A stretch of DNA of 64,000 bases from an uncultured Pseudomonadales bacterium (GTDB taxonomy: Bacteria > Patescibacteriota > Microgenomatia > UBA1400 > PJMF01). Below the pieces are notes generated by a model. That model saw only the letters and a list, made by a program, of their open reading frames with translations. It was not told the DNA's origin and did no database searches. Where the stretch lies: assembly GCA_964393205.1 (NCBI GenBank), contig CAYMSV010000001.1:5841-69840 (forward strand), given 5' to 3'. Positions 9,471-19,663 of the stretch are shown one piece after another. Both the position numbers and the translations under genes were made by a program. Numbering within the stretch: position 1 is the first letter of the stretch; each line of letters begins with the position of its first letter.

Positions 9471-9502
9471 GCGATTGTTTCATTTGCTACAATGATTAAG
9501 CT

Positions 9503-10612
9503 ATGAAAAAATTTTTAATTACTTTTTTATTAATAATTGCTTTGATCGGAGGCTATCTTTGGTTTAACTCAACAGACCAAGAAGAACCGATGCTTTTACC
9601 AAGTGTTAATGACGATGTGACTACAACAGAGGACCAGTTAGAATCACCACTGTTGATAGCTGAAGGTTTAGAAGTGCCCTGGGCACTAGCTTTTTTGCCT
9701 GATGGAGATATTTTATTAACGGAGCGTGAGGGTCGGGTTAGATTAGTTGCTGATGAAGTTTTGCAAGAAGAACCAGTGCTTGTGCTTGATCAGGTGGAAG
9801 CAATTGGCGAGGGTGGTTTATTAGGAATTACCATTCATCCTCAATTTAGTGATAACTCTTTTGTTTATCTTTATTACACTTATCGCAGAGATGAGACTTT
9901 GACTAATCGAGTGGTGAGAATGACTTATCAAAATGGCAAGTTAAGTGATGAAGAAATCATTATCGACAACATTCCTGGAGACAACATTCACAACGGTGGT
10001 CGGCTTAAATTTGGACCGGATGACTATTTATATATAACTACTGGTGATGCCGCTAATGCCGATTTAGCTCAGGATACTAATTCTTTAGCTGGTAAAATCT
10101 TGCGAGTGAACGATGAGGGAGAGGCAGTAGCGGACAATCCTTTTGATAATTTGGTTTATTCTTATGGTCACCGTAATCCTCAAGGTTTAGCTTGGGACAG
10201 TGCTGGTCAATTGTGGGCCACTGAACATGGTCCTTCTGCTCAAGATGAAATTAATTTGATTGAAATGGGAAAAAATTACGGTTGGCCGATTATTACCGGA
10301 GACGATGAGGCAAAGGACATGGAAACAGCTCAACTCCAATCTGGTACTGGTGATACTTGGGCGCCTTCGGGTTTAGCCTTTGTTAATGACTTACTCTTTT
10401 TTGGCGGTTTGCGTGGGCAGGCCTTGCATCAAGTAAAACTAGGTCAGGAATTAAGTCTTGAAAAACATTTTGCCGGCCCTTTTGGACGGATTCGAGCAGT
10501 AGTCACCGGCCCAGATGGTTGGTTATACATTGCTACTAGCAACCGAGATGGTCGGGGTAATCCTAGCACTCAAGATGATCGTTTAATTAAAATTGATCCA
10601 AATAGCCTTTAA
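9503..10612 (+). CDS. PQQ-dependent sugar (glucose/sorbosone) dehydrogenase family protein
   Basis: N-terminal TM; PWALAFLPDG, GEGGLLG, HNGGRL, YGHRNPQGL, EHG, GRIR motifs. Confidence 0.92.
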   Translation: MKKFLITFLLIIALIGGYLWFNSTDQEEPMLLPSVNDDVTTTEDQLESPLLIAEGLEVPWALAFLPDGDILLTEREGRVRLVADEVLQEEPVLVLDQVEAIGEGGLLGITIHPQFSDNSFVYLYYTYRRDETLTNRVVRMTYQNGKLSDEEIIIDNIPGDNIHNGGRLKFGPDDYLYITTGDAANADLAQDTNSLAGKILRVNDEGEAVADNPFDNLVYSYGHRNPQGLAWDSAGQLWATEHGPSAQDEINLIEMGKNYGWPIITGDDEAKDMETAQLQSGTGDTWAPSGLAFVNDLLFFGGLRGQALHQVKLGQELSLEKHFAGPFGRIRAVVTGPDGWLYIATSNRDGRGNPSTQDDRLIKIDPNSL

Positions 10613-10699
10613 TTTTTATAAAAACAAATAATTTTCGAGATTGATTGGCGTGTTATACTATCAGATTAATTATTTATTTAATAAATAAGGGAGTTAACA

Positions 10700-10903
10700 A
10701 TGTTAGCTACGAGCAGATCAAAAGAATTGTTTAGAAAATATGGGGTTGATTCATCTCTTGTTTCGGCGCTAGACACAGAGCAAGATCAAAATAAAAGAGA
10801 CGAACTACAAGATCAGATCTCAAAAATTCTTTGTGCAGCTTTGCTCAGTTTTCGAGTAGATAAAGAAGACATAGCGGAAGTTAAAAAAATTGCTAATTTT
10901 TAA
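10700..10903 (+). CDS. Small hypothetical protein
   Basis: 67 aa with AGGGAG Shine-Dalgarno upstream. Confidence 0.55.
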   Translation: MLATSRSKELFRKYGVDSSLVSALDTEQDQNKRDELQDQISKILCAALLSFRVDKEDIAEVKKIANF

Positions 10904-10959
10904 ATTAACCATAAATTTCAATCGGGCCTGATGATCTATTGTGATACAATAACCAACAT

Positions 10960-11181
10960 ATGACACCAGAAAAAGGACGCAAACTTAATAAATCTGAAGT
11001 TAAAAAGCCAGAATTAGTTGAAGTGTTGGCCAGTGAAATTTACAATTCAATTATCAAAATTGGCCAAAAACAAGGCCTAACCCTAGCTGATTCTGAATTT
11101 GTCGATAAAGTTTTTTGGGCTTTGACCAAGGCCAAACTTCGCATTTACAATGAATCAAATAAGCTCGAGCAAAACGATTAA
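10960..11181 (+). CDS. Small hypothetical protein
   Basis: 73 aa; TGnTACAAT 9 nt upstream of the ATG. Confidence 0.6.
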   Translation: MTPEKGRKLNKSEVKKPELVEVLASEIYNSIIKIGQKQGLTLADSEFVDKVFWALTKAKLRIYNESNKLEQND

Positions 11182-11284
11182 GCCTTAGTTACTTAGTTTC
11201 TCAATAAAAAAAATTGCTTGAAAGAAAAATAGCTTCTTTTCGGTATTACAGTTAGATAATAATTGTAAACAGAAAGGAGGTAAA

Positions 11285-11671
11285 ATGTTAAAAAAGCAAG
11301 TAATTTCCCTAGGAATAGTAAGTTTATTGACTGCCGGAGTTTTTTTACTCCCCAATGTAGTCAATGCTTATCGTGGTGATCCTAGTATTGAGGGTCCCAA
11401 CCACACTGATGAACGACACGAAGCCATGACCAATGCTTTTGCCAATAATGATTATTCAGCTTGGCAAGAACTGATGAATGGTAAGGGTCGAGTAGCGGAA
11501 GTGGTCAACGAAGGTAATTTTGCTAGATTCGCCGAAGCTCATCAATTAGCCCAAGAAGGTAAGATTGAAGAAGCTAAGCAAATTAGAGCAGAATTAGGTT
11601 TAGGACTTGGTAATGGTGCTGGTAAAGATCAGGATCGGGGTCAAGGACAGATGAATCGTCGCAATCGCTAA
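11285..11671 (+). CDS. Secreted hypothetical protein
   Basis: Strong SD AGAAAGGAGG, signal peptide ending VNA, Gly-rich tail. Confidence 0.8.
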   Translation: MLKKQVISLGIVSLLTAGVFLLPNVVNAYRGDPSIEGPNHTDERHEAMTNAFANNDYSAWQELMNGKGRVAEVVNEGNFARFAEAHQLAQEGKIEEAKQIRAELGLGLGNGAGKDQDRGQGQMNRRNR

Positions 11672-11682
11672 ACGATTTTTTC

Positions 11683-11718
11683 AAAAAAGCCCTCTTAAAT
11701 TTTTAAGTGGGCTTTTTT
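11683..11718. terminator. Intrinsic terminator (bidirectional)
   Basis: AAAAAAGCCCTCTTAAA-TT-TTTAAGTGGGCTTTTTT. Confidence 0.8.
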
Positions 11719-11779
11719 AGCTTTTAGTAAAATTAAAAAGATACATTATTTTATATTCAAATGGGCTTTATAATAGTTT

Positions 11780-12340
11780 TTGTTAATAGTTATGCGAAAT
11801 TATAAGAAGTTGAGTGATGAGCAACTGGTGAGCTTGGTCAGAAAGCAAGATCAAGAACTTTATCGTTATTTGATTGATCGCTATCAAGCTAAACTCTTGC
11901 GTTATGCCCTTTATTTAACGGCTGACGATGATCAAGCTGCAGATGTAGTACAAGAAGCTTTTATTAAGGCTTTTGTTAATCTTCAGTCTTTTAACAGCAA
12001 AAAAAAGTTTAGTAGCTGGCTATATCGGATTACTCACAATGAGGCGATGAACATACTCAATCGCCATAAACAAGAGTTACCAATACTCAAAGACATTGAT
12101 TTTGCCAGTGATATCGATTTGGAAGATGATTTTATTAAAAAAGAACTAGAAGGTCGCGCCCAACGATGTTTGGCGCAAATGCCGGTGATTTATAAAGAAG
12201 TTTTAACTCTTTATTATTTGGAAGAACAATCTTATGAAGAAATTAGTGATATTTTACGAATAGCGATTGGTACGGTGGGTACTAGACTTAATCGAGCCAA
12301 AATATTAATGAAAAAACTATGTCAAAAACAAAAAAAGTAA
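11780..12340 (+). CDS. ECF RNA polymerase sigma factor (likely start ATG 11792)
   Basis: AADVVQEAFIKAF, FSSWLYRI (region 2); SYEEISDIL..GTVGTRLNRAK (region 4). Confidence 0.95.
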   Translation: MLIVMRNYKKLSDEQLVSLVRKQDQELYRYLIDRYQAKLLRYALYLTADDDQAADVVQEAFIKAFVNLQSFNSKKKFSSWLYRITHNEAMNILNRHKQELPILKDIDFASDIDLEDDFIKKELEGRAQRCLAQMPVIYKEVLTLYYLEEQSYEEISDILRIAIGTVGTRLNRAKILMKKLCQKQKK

Positions 12341-12990
12341 GAACAAAGAAAAAAACAGAGCAAAAATCAATCGATCTTAGTCAAGAGATTATGACTAAGG
12401 TGAAGGCTGGTGAAATTAACATGAAACCCAGATGGTATTTTGTTTTAGGTTCTAGTTTGCTGTTTTTAGCTTTGGTAACTTTAATTGTTCTGGCGGTTTT
12501 TTTATTTAATGTCAGTTTGTTTGTTTTACGTCGTCAGGGACCAATGCGTTTATGGCGTTTAGAAATGCTTCTTAGTAATTTGCCACTATGGATACCAATT
12601 TTAGCTATTTTAACCCTGTGGGGTGGAATTAAATTATTAAAAAAATATGACTTTTCTTACAAAAATAATTTCTTGCTGATTATTATTACTTTTGTGATAG
12701 CCATTATTGCAGCTGCCTGGGCAATTGATAGTTTAGGACTCAATGAATTTTGGTCAAGAAAAGAACCCATGAGGCGCTTTTACCAAAATTTAGACCCGAA
12801 TTTTGAAGGCAAAAACTTTGGAAATAAGCCTGGAACTGGCAAGTCCGAGCCTGGCAGTGGCAAGTCTGAACCTGGAATTGGCAAGTCCGAGCCTTGGCAG
12901 TGGCAAACGCTTTTAATCAAACTTATTCAAGCTCGGTCACTGGAGCGACAGCATCCACTTTCCACTCAGCATTTTCTTCAATTAAGGTGA
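12319..12990 (+). CDS. Putative membrane anti-sigma factor; natural end probably TAA at 12916 (apparent +1 frameshift)
   Basis: Overlaps the ECF gene, has three TM helices and C-terminal GKSEPG repeats. Confidence 0.65.
   Translation: MSKTKKVRTKKKTEQKSIDLSQEIMTKVKAGEINMKPRWYFVLGSSLLFLALVTLIVLAVFLFNVSLFVLRRQGPMRLWRLEMLLSNLPLWIPILAILTLWGGIKLLKKYDFSYKNNFLLIIITFVIAIIAAAWAIDSLGLNEFWSRKEPMRRFYQNLDPNFEGKNFGNKPGTGKSEPGSGKSEPGIGKSEPWQWQTLLIKLIQARSLERQHPLSTQHFLQLR
12829..12906 (+). repeat. 21-bp tandem repeat (3 full units plus a partial unit)
   Basis: CCTGGAACTGGCAAGTCCGAG / CCTGGCAGTGGCAAGTCTGAA / CCTGGAATTGGCAAGTCCGAG / CCTTGGCAGTGGCAA. Confidence 0.9.
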
Positions 12991-13483
12991 TGGCTCTTAG
13001 TGTGCGACCTCCTGAATAATTAAGTCCAACAGTGAGGATGGCGCTACCATCTTCTGCTAAAGCCAAATCTTCCACACTGACTCCTTGATCTGGCATATCT
13101 TGTACACCAACAAACATGGCTAAATCACGAGACAAAGTTTCTTGATTAATATTTGCTTGGGCTCCACTGGATAGGGCTTGATAAGCACGATTGGCCGCTG
13201 CTTCATCCATGCTTGGAGGACCAACTTCAATAAAATCTAAGACAAATTGAAAGCCAGCTCTTTCAGCTTCTTCGGCTTTTTGACTCAATTCATCATCCAT
13301 TATCATTTCGTCTTCAAGATCTGCTGACTCCTCCTCAGGAACAGGCAAAGATTCCTCTTCGAGCACATCAGTGACTTTTGGACTCATAAAACCAGAACCC
13401 AAATTAAACCAGGCTAGGGCGACAACGATAGCGATAATGGCCAAAATTATTAAGATAATAAGACCTGTATTTTGTTTTTTCAT
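12923..13483 (-). CDS. Membrane-anchored acidic hypothetical protein
   Basis: N-terminal TM, acidic linker, NTF2-like tail (..EENAEWKVD). Confidence 0.75.
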   Translation of the reverse strand: MKKQNTGLIILIILAIIAIVVALAWFNLGSGFMSPKVTDVLEEESLPVPEEESADLEDEMIMDDELSQKAEEAERAGFQFVLDFIEVGPPSMDEAAANRAYQALSSGAQANINQETLSRDLAMFVGVQDMPDQGVSVEDLALAEDGSAILTVGLNYSGGRTLRAITLIEENAEWKVDAVAPVTELE

Positions 13484-13550
13484 AATAAATACAATATATC
13501 AAAGAAAGTTTCTTAAGCAAAGTGGATTTGAATCAAGACCAAACCAGAAA

Positions 13551-14177
13551 TTAAATCAACCAATTAGTTAAAAGGTTAATAATTGGTCCGAGCAATTGCA
13601 CTACAGCCGATTGACCACTAAAAATTGGCAAAATCATAAACAATAAAATAAATTGACCATAACGTTCCATGACCGCTTCGTATTCATAGCTAGTTTCTTT
13701 GGGCAAAATAGCTCTCATAATTTTACCTCCATCAAGAGGATAAACGGGTAGAAGATTAAATAAGGCTAGGGCAAGATTAATATAAATTAAAAATTCAGCA
13801 AAAACCGCAATGAGACTACCACCAAAAAAACGAGTCAAAAGTGCTAATAAAAGAGCAATAATAATATTGGTTAAAGGCCCGGCAGCAGCAATAATAGCGG
13901 TGTCGCGTACTGGCGATTTTAGGTTGTAAGGATCATAAGGGGCGGCCTTACCCCAGCCAAAACCAGTTAATATGATCAATAAAGTGCCCAAGGGATCTAG
14001 ATGAGCTCGTGGATCGAGAGTGAGGCGACCTTTTATTCGCGGAGTTGGATCTCCCAATTTATCAGTGACGTAACAATGAGCTGCTTCGTGAAAACTAATT
14101 GACAGCAATAAGCCAATTAAGATTAAGAAAAAAGCGATTGGGCTACTAAACAACAAACTTATTAGCATGTGTTCCAT
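13551..14177 (-). CDS. Site-2 protease, M50 family (likely start ATG 14168)
   Basis: HEAAH, GDPTP, AGP, FNLLPVYPLDGG motifs. Confidence 0.93.
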   Translation of the reverse strand: MEHMLISLLFSSPIAFFLILIGLLLSISFHEAAHCYVTDKLGDPTPRIKGRLTLDPRAHLDPLGTLLIILTGFGWGKAAPYDPYNLKSPVRDTAIIAAAGPLTNIIIALLLALLTRFFGGSLIAVFAEFLIYINLALALFNLLPVYPLDGGKIMRAILPKETSYEYEAVMERYGQFILLFMILPIFSGQSAVVQLLGPIINLLTNWLI

Positions 14178-14263
14178 TCTACTACATATAGCAAATGATA
14201 AAAGTTTTATTTTAATCAGGAGATAATTGCAGAAAAGCCTTGCGCGTGTTAGAATTCCTTCTT

Positions 14264-14494
14264 ATGAAAAGAGCAAAAGTTAGTGACTTAATTAAAAAAT
14301 TACCACGAGCATCTCATACTGGTAATAATGTTTCTCACGCCAAGAATCGTACTAAGCGCAAGTTCAAATATAACTTACACGCAGTAACTGTCATTTTGGA
14401 TGGGGAAAAGAAAAAGATTAAGGTTCCAACAAGTCAACTCAGACAACTCAAAAAAGCTGGTTTAACTACTCATTATAAAAAACCCAGCGAATAA
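14264..14494 (+). CDS. rpmB: 50S ribosomal protein L28
   Basis: GNNVSHAKNRTKRKFKYNL; start taken at ATG 14264. Confidence 0.9.
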   Translation: MKRAKVSDLIKKLPRASHTGNNVSHAKNRTKRKFKYNLHAVTVILDGEKKKIKVPTSQLRQLKKAGLTTHYKKPSE

Positions 14495-14505
14495 ATTTTT
14501 TACTT

Positions 14506-15588
14506 TTACTTAAAGTCGATCAGGTTTTTGATTTCGCTAAATAAGCAAGGATTTTTGCCGGCGAATTGAACTTTTTTCAAAACTAAGCGTTTGTCAGACT
14601 TTTTTTCTTCAATTTTACAAGACAAAATTTTTAATCGTTGTTCACCTTTGTGAGTAGGGACAATCGTCCATAATCCAGGCCAAGGCTGAAAAGCTGAACA
14701 AGCGTTTTTGATAAATTGCATTTGTTCAAGCTTTGTTAAGGGATAGTTGCCCAAAACTCCTTGTCCAGCCAATAATTGGCTAAGTAAGGTGTCTTTTTTA
14801 ATGTTTAAGGAAGAGTTATTTTTTTGTAATTCTTTCAATTTTTCATCTGAGCTAAATTCCAACAAGCCTTGTAATTGTGACCAAACCACAAAAGCGTCTG
14901 CCTTATCTAGGCGCTGAGCAAATGGGGTAGGGGCCTGTTTGGGTTGAGCTATTGGCTTTAATTGGCCTTTAACAAATTTTAAGATATTGTTTGCTAGAGA
15001 TTGTCTAATTAAAGTAAAAGCACTTTGATAATAGTCTGCTAGTGTCCAATTTTTGGCAATATCAAATGTTTTTTGCAAGATAATATCACCACTATCAAGT
15101 TCTTTTTTAACGGTCATCAGGGTGACAGCAGTTTTCTGGCCGCCAATTAGCTCGCCTTGCCAAGGACGTTTAAAATCCTGAAAAAGCATGGCAAATTGCC
15201 CAGGAGAACTACCTCGCCAACGAGGTAAAAGAGAGGGATGTATATTGAGCGCATCTATTTTGGGAAAATCCAAGAGCCAATCTGGAATAAAATAACCAAA
15301 ATCAACTACAAGCAAGATATCGACTTCGTGGGCACGAATTTGTTTTTTTAGTTGCAAATTTTTTAAATTATCGGGAACCAAAAAAGTGTTAATTTTTTTT
15401 TCTTTAGCCCAAAGAGCTAGGGGGTTAATAGTTAGTAGTTGTTTACGACCCACTTTCTTTGGTGGTGGAGTGAGTACCCAAACCAATTCAAAAGCTTTAT
15501 TACTGGCTAATTTTTCAGCAATTTCTTGACTATGTTGAGTTGAACCAGCAATTGCCAAGCGCAGTGGAGGAGAGGGATTCAATTTCAT
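14506..15588 (-). CDS. fmt: Methionyl-tRNA formyltransferase
   Basis: NIHPSLLPRWRGSSP, LDSGDII, PWPG; downstream of def. Confidence 0.92.
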   Translation of the reverse strand: MKLNPSPPLRLAIAGSTQHSQEIAEKLASNKAFELVWVLTPPPKKVGRKQLLTINPLALWAKEKKINTFLVPDNLKNLQLKKQIRAHEVDILLVVDFGYFIPDWLLDFPKIDALNIHPSLLPRWRGSSPGQFAMLFQDFKRPWQGELIGGQKTAVTLMTVKKELDSGDIILQKTFDIAKNWTLADYYQSAFTLIRQSLANNILKFVKGQLKPIAQPKQAPTPFAQRLDKADAFVVWSQLQGLLEFSSDEKLKELQKNNSSLNIKKDTLLSQLLAGQGVLGNYPLTKLEQMQFIKNACSAFQPWPGLWTIVPTHKGEQRLKILSCKIEEKKSDKRLVLKKVQFAGKNPCLFSEIKNLIDFK

Positions 15589-15596
15589 TTGTATCT

Positions 15597-16160
15597 TTAA
15601 AAACTTTCCAAAATTTGTCGGTTTTCAATCTCCACCCATTTATCATCTTCAATTGTGTAGGCTGGTAAATCATTGTCCAAGAGATAATCGGTAAATAAAA
15701 TACCTTGCAAATGATCGTATTCATGTTGAATGACTCTAGCCAGAAAACCCGAGTATTTTTCCTTTTTAACTTCAACTTGACCTTGATCATTGATGGTTTG
15801 ATACTGGATTTTTAACCATTCCCACCTAGGTACAGGACCATAAATTTTTGGCACCGAAAGACAGCCTTCAAAATGCTCATTTTCTTCGAGTAAAGTTTTT
15901 TTTGAACTGTGATCTATGATTTGTGGGTTAATGAAAGCACTAATTGTGGGCTTTTGATTTTTTTGATCAGATTTTCTTAAAACAAAGATCTGCCAAGACT
16001 TATTGACTTGAGGAGCAGCTAAACCGACTCCTTCAGGATCTTTTTCAAGCAAGAGTTGTTTTTTTAGTCGCTCTAGTAATTTAAGTAATCTTTTGTCAAA
16101 TTTCTCAACTGGACTAGCTACTTTGCGCAAAGTTGGATGAGGCGCCGAAATAATTTTCAT
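15597..16160 (-). CDS. def: Peptide deformylase
   Basis: GVGLAAPQV, EGCLS, QHEYDHLQG motifs. Confidence 0.97.
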   Translation of the reverse strand: MKIISAPHPTLRKVASPVEKFDKRLLKLLERLKKQLLLEKDPEGVGLAAPQVNKSWQIFVLRKSDQKNQKPTISAFINPQIIDHSSKKTLLEENEHFEGCLSVPKIYGPVPRWEWLKIQYQTINDQGQVEVKKEKYSGFLARVIQHEYDHLQGILFTDYLLDNDLPAYTIEDDKWVEIENRQILESF

Positions 16161-16189
16161 GGGAGGTATTATAACCTAAATTGCCTGGT

Positions 16190-18325
16190 TTATAAATCTT
16201 TATTCTCTAATGCTTCTAGTGCTTCTTGAGCCGAATCATTGTTGGGATCAATTTTCTCTAGTATGAGCTGATAGTAATCTGCTGCCTCTTGAGTTTTACC
16301 TTGTAGCTCCAAAATTCTACCAAGCGCGTAATAGGCTTGCCAATAATTAGCTTTTAATTCAATGGCTTCATTTAATAGCTCAATGGCCTTTTCTTGTTCA
16401 CCCATCTCTTCTTCTACTAAAGCTAAATTATAGTAGAGTTTAGCTTCAGTGGGTGAAAGTTTAATTGCTGTTAGCAGACTATCTTTGGCAGCCGTATAAA
16501 ACCCATTACTAATTTGGGCTAATCTGATAAAAATTCTTGATCTACTTTTATAAAAATTAAGATGTGCCGGGTTAATTTTTTGTACAAAATTACTGGTTTG
16601 AATGGCTGCTTCTGCAAACTCAGCACTATTTGTAGCTTGATTGTCTTTAGCAAAAGCAATCGCTAAGATACTGTATTGACTGGCTAATTCATCATAAAAG
16701 AGCGCTTCCTTGGGAGATAAATCAATTGATTTTTGTATGAGCTGTAGTCCACTTTGCCAGTTTCCTTGCTGAATGTGAGTTTTACCATTGCTAAATAAGT
16801 AATCTGCTCGCCAAATTTTCCAAACGCCTCTATTAAGTGTAAACACTGCTAAAAGCAGAAAAACTATTGCCAAATATTCTAAAAAATTAAACTTTTTGTT
16901 TTTAATTTTTGGCCAGACTTGATCTGTTTGAAGCAAGACGCTGGCAAAAATTGCAAACAATAAATTGCTAGTAACGGTTGAGAAACCAAAGAAGTTGCTA
17001 ATAAACATTGCTAACAAAGAACTGGCTAAAGCAATTTTTTGGCTAGTTAATTGTTTGAGTTGCCATTGTTTAATAAGATAAATAAACAGAGCGACAAATA
17101 AGCTTAAATAGCTAAGTAAGCCAACTATGCCAGTAGTGGCTAAGAAGTTGAGTAATTCGTTATGCGCTTTGTTATATAAAAAATCCCATTCTGAAAGTAG
17201 ATTATGTTCAGCTGGTCGATCTTGATAGTAGCTGTACGCAAAAGTTTCTACTCCAGAGCCAAAAACAGGATAACGTTGCCAAACTTTCCAGGCTCCCTGC
17301 CAAACTACTCTTCTAATGTCACTAGATTTAGAACCACCAGCTTGGGGAAGGTTAGTAATCTCTGCCTCTTCACTGAGCGAATTTTCCGTACTTAGACCAT
17401 CGGTTAAAGAGCTAATTATTGATTGATTGGGAGAACTTAAACTTAAACTGGGACTAAAAATTATACTCACCAAGAGAATTAGAACGAAGGGTAGTAATAA
17501 CAAGGTATTTCTGATTTTCTTTTTGATGACCAGTTTTTGAGCAGCTAGTTGGAAAATGAGAGCAATGCCAAGAGCCAACAGGCCAGATCGTGATTTAGTG
17601 AATAATAAGGCCATTGATAGCAAAACAATTAGCAGAGCATAGTAAATAGCTTTTAGTGATAGCTTTGGCTTATTAGATTTTTCTAAGTATTGCCAAAATT
17701 GCCAGATAGCCAATGGGATAAGCATTATCAAAAAGGCAGCCAACCAGTTGGGTTGACCAAAAGTAGCAAAAACCCGATTTTGCACATCTTGTACCCAGCA
17801 GGTAACATCGTAATGTCCAGTGACAATTAAACAGCTCAAAGAATGACCAAAACGCTCAGGAATGGCGTATAAGCTGATCAATAAACCAGCAAAGAGTAAG
17901 TTTTTTAAGAGCAGTGTTAACTGTTCTTTTTTTAGATTATATTGAGCGCCGTAAAATAGGGCAGCATAGGCAAAGATAGACAGCAAGCCACCATTAAAGC
18001 GGGTGTAGTAACCAAAAATTGAAGTGCGTGGATGTATGGAAAATAAAGTTGAAACTAATTGAGAGAGTAAAAAGATAAGGATTAGATAATTATGAGTTTT
18101 GTATTGCCACAGCCATTGCCTTCTTACTAATGAGCGTAAACACCACAAGCCAACAATTAGACTGGTGAAAATATACACAAAAATCATTTTGTTAAATTCA
18201 AAGAGTTCTTGATTAAACCAGGTAAAAACAAAAGGAGTGCTAAAGACTACTATATTAAGTAGTACAAATATTATTTTTTGCAAAAGTCTATCAATTTTTT
18301 GCCGATCAATACTCATAATGGGCAT
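16190..18325 (-). CDS. O-antigen ligase-like (Wzy_C/PglL-type) membrane protein with C-terminal TPRs
   Basis: TFGQPNWLA, TKSRSG, R..VW..P.FGSG, AHNE.L motifs; TPR-like C-terminus. Confidence 0.85.
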   Translation of the reverse strand: MPIMSIDRQKIDRLLQKIIFVLLNIVVFSTPFVFTWFNQELFEFNKMIFVYIFTSLIVGLWCLRSLVRRQWLWQYKTHNYLILIFLLSQLVSTLFSIHPRTSIFGYYTRFNGGLLSIFAYAALFYGAQYNLKKEQLTLLLKNLLFAGLLISLYAIPERFGHSLSCLIVTGHYDVTCWVQDVQNRVFATFGQPNWLAAFLIMLIPLAIWQFWQYLEKSNKPKLSLKAIYYALLIVLLSMALLFTKSRSGLLALGIALIFQLAAQKLVIKKKIRNTLLLLPFVLILLVSIIFSPSLSLSSPNQSIISSLTDGLSTENSLSEEAEITNLPQAGGSKSSDIRRVVWQGAWKVWQRYPVFGSGVETFAYSYYQDRPAEHNLLSEWDFLYNKAHNELLNFLATTGIVGLLSYLSLFVALFIYLIKQWQLKQLTSQKIALASSLLAMFISNFFGFSTVTSNLLFAIFASVLLQTDQVWPKIKNKKFNFLEYLAIVFLLLAVFTLNRGVWKIWRADYLFSNGKTHIQQGNWQSGLQLIQKSIDLSPKEALFYDELASQYSILAIAFAKDNQATNSAEFAEAAIQTSNFVQKINPAHLNFYKSRSRIFIRLAQISNGFYTAAKDSLLTAIKLSPTEAKLYYNLALVEEEMGEQEKAIELLNEAIELKANYWQAYYALGRILELQGKTQEAADYYQLILEKIDPNNDSAQEALEALENKDL

Positions 18326-18397
18326 AGTATAGCCGATTTTCTTCTTCTTTTTGTTTTTAATTTATGTTAAATTAAGGATAGTTAAGAAAGCCTGCCT

Positions 18398-19642
18398 ATG
18401 ACTAATATTCAAGATGATCAATTAAATGTAAATAACGACTCCAATACTGTTGTTGTTGATAATAACAATCAACAAACAGAACAAGTTGCTGCTTCTTCAG
18501 ATCAAACTAATAAAGCTGCTCCAACTAAGGCTAATGTTGAAGAACTACTAAGCCAACTAGAAGCTTTAAATAAAGAAATTGCTGCCAAAACAGTTGTTGA
18601 TCAAACTCAGTTGGAAGATAAGAAAGAAGAAACAGAAAAGCTAGAAGCTCCTGCAGCTCAGCCTGCTCTAGAGAGCAGTGATGAAGCTCAGTTGCCAGTT
18701 AGCACTGAAGAAATTAGTCAAGCTCAAGAAACAAGCCAAGCTCAAGAAACAAGCCAAGCTCAAGAAACAACTGAAGAAAATAATAAAAGTCAAACAGATC
18801 TTGATTTGGATAAATTTATTAATGAACTTGAGACAAAAATTGCTCAGAAAAATGATGAGCCAAATCAGGAGCCTAAAGCTGATCAAAATAGTGAGGTGGC
18901 TAATTCTGTTGACCTTGGTCAAGATTCTATGGTTAAGCCCACCCCAATGCCCACTATTACTCCAGATCCAAATTTGACTAGCGTAAATGAAGTAGAAGAT
19001 TCTGTAGTAGAAAAGGAAAATCCGGTTGCGGTTGAAGAAAACTTCAGTCAAGTTCGACCCTCCTTAGATTTATCAGGTGTTAGTGAGCAAGCAACTCCTT
19101 CGTTAACCCTAAATAATGGTCAACTAGAGGAAAAAACCCAAACTCCAGTTGATAATGCTCCAATTTCTCAACCGAAGACAGAGACAGAAGAAACTAAAGT
19201 TGATGATGAGAGCTTGGAGGCTCAAAACCTCTTTACTATGTTGGCTTTAGATACTATCAGTGAAGAGGAAAAACAAGGATTTCTTAAAGATTTAGAACAG
19301 TTAATTTGGGATAATTTTGTCGAAGTAGAGTTACCCCTTTTATTAAACAATGAGGAAAAAAATCAGGCAGATCAAATCTTGGCTGACAGTAGTAAGACAG
19401 AGGATGAACGTAAAGAAGCTCTCTTGGTTTATCTAGATAAATTTGTGCCAAATCTTGAAGATATGATGTACAAGAAAGCCCTGACACTTAAAAAAGAAAT
19501 GTTTGAAGAGAGATTGAAAAAACTCAGAGAAAATGCTACTGAAGCAAATAACTTGAGTCTAATTGCGGACTTAGACCAGATTCAAGAACTAGTCCAAGCT
19601 GGTCGATACAAAACTGCCGTAAATCTTTTGAATAAAGCCTAA
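18398..19642 (+). CDS. Acidic low-complexity protein with helical C-terminal domain
   Basis: E/Q/N/T-rich N-terminus with SQAQET x3; helical C-terminal ~140 aa. Confidence 0.75.
   Translation: MTNIQDDQLNVNNDSNTVVVDNNNQQTEQVAASSDQTNKAAPTKANVEELLSQLEALNKEIAAKTVVDQTQLEDKKEETEKLEAPAAQPALESSDEAQLPVSTEEISQAQETSQAQETSQAQETTEENNKSQTDLDLDKFINELETKIAQKNDEPNQEPKADQNSEVANSVDLGQDSMVKPTPMPTITPDPNLTSVNEVEDSVVEKENPVAVEENFSQVRPSLDLSGVSEQATPSLTLNNGQLEEKTQTPVDNAPISQPKTETEETKVDDESLEAQNLFTMLALDTISEEEKQGFLKDLEQLIWDNFVEVELPLLLNNEEKNQADQILADSSKTEDERKEALLVYLDKFVPNLEDMMYKKALTLKKEMFEERLKKLRENATEANNLSLIADLDQIQELVQAGRYKTAVNLLNKA
18716..18769 (+). repeat. 18-bp in-frame tandem repeat x3
   Basis: AG(T/C)CAAGCTCAAGAAACA x3, encoding SQAQET. 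Confidence 0.9.
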
Positions 19643-19663
19643 CTTTCTGCTAAGCTTTGATAT

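Noticed and set aside
12829-18769. CRISPR array from the 21-bp and 18-bp repeats
   Set aside because: Both are contiguous coding tandem repeats without spacers; no cas genes in the window.
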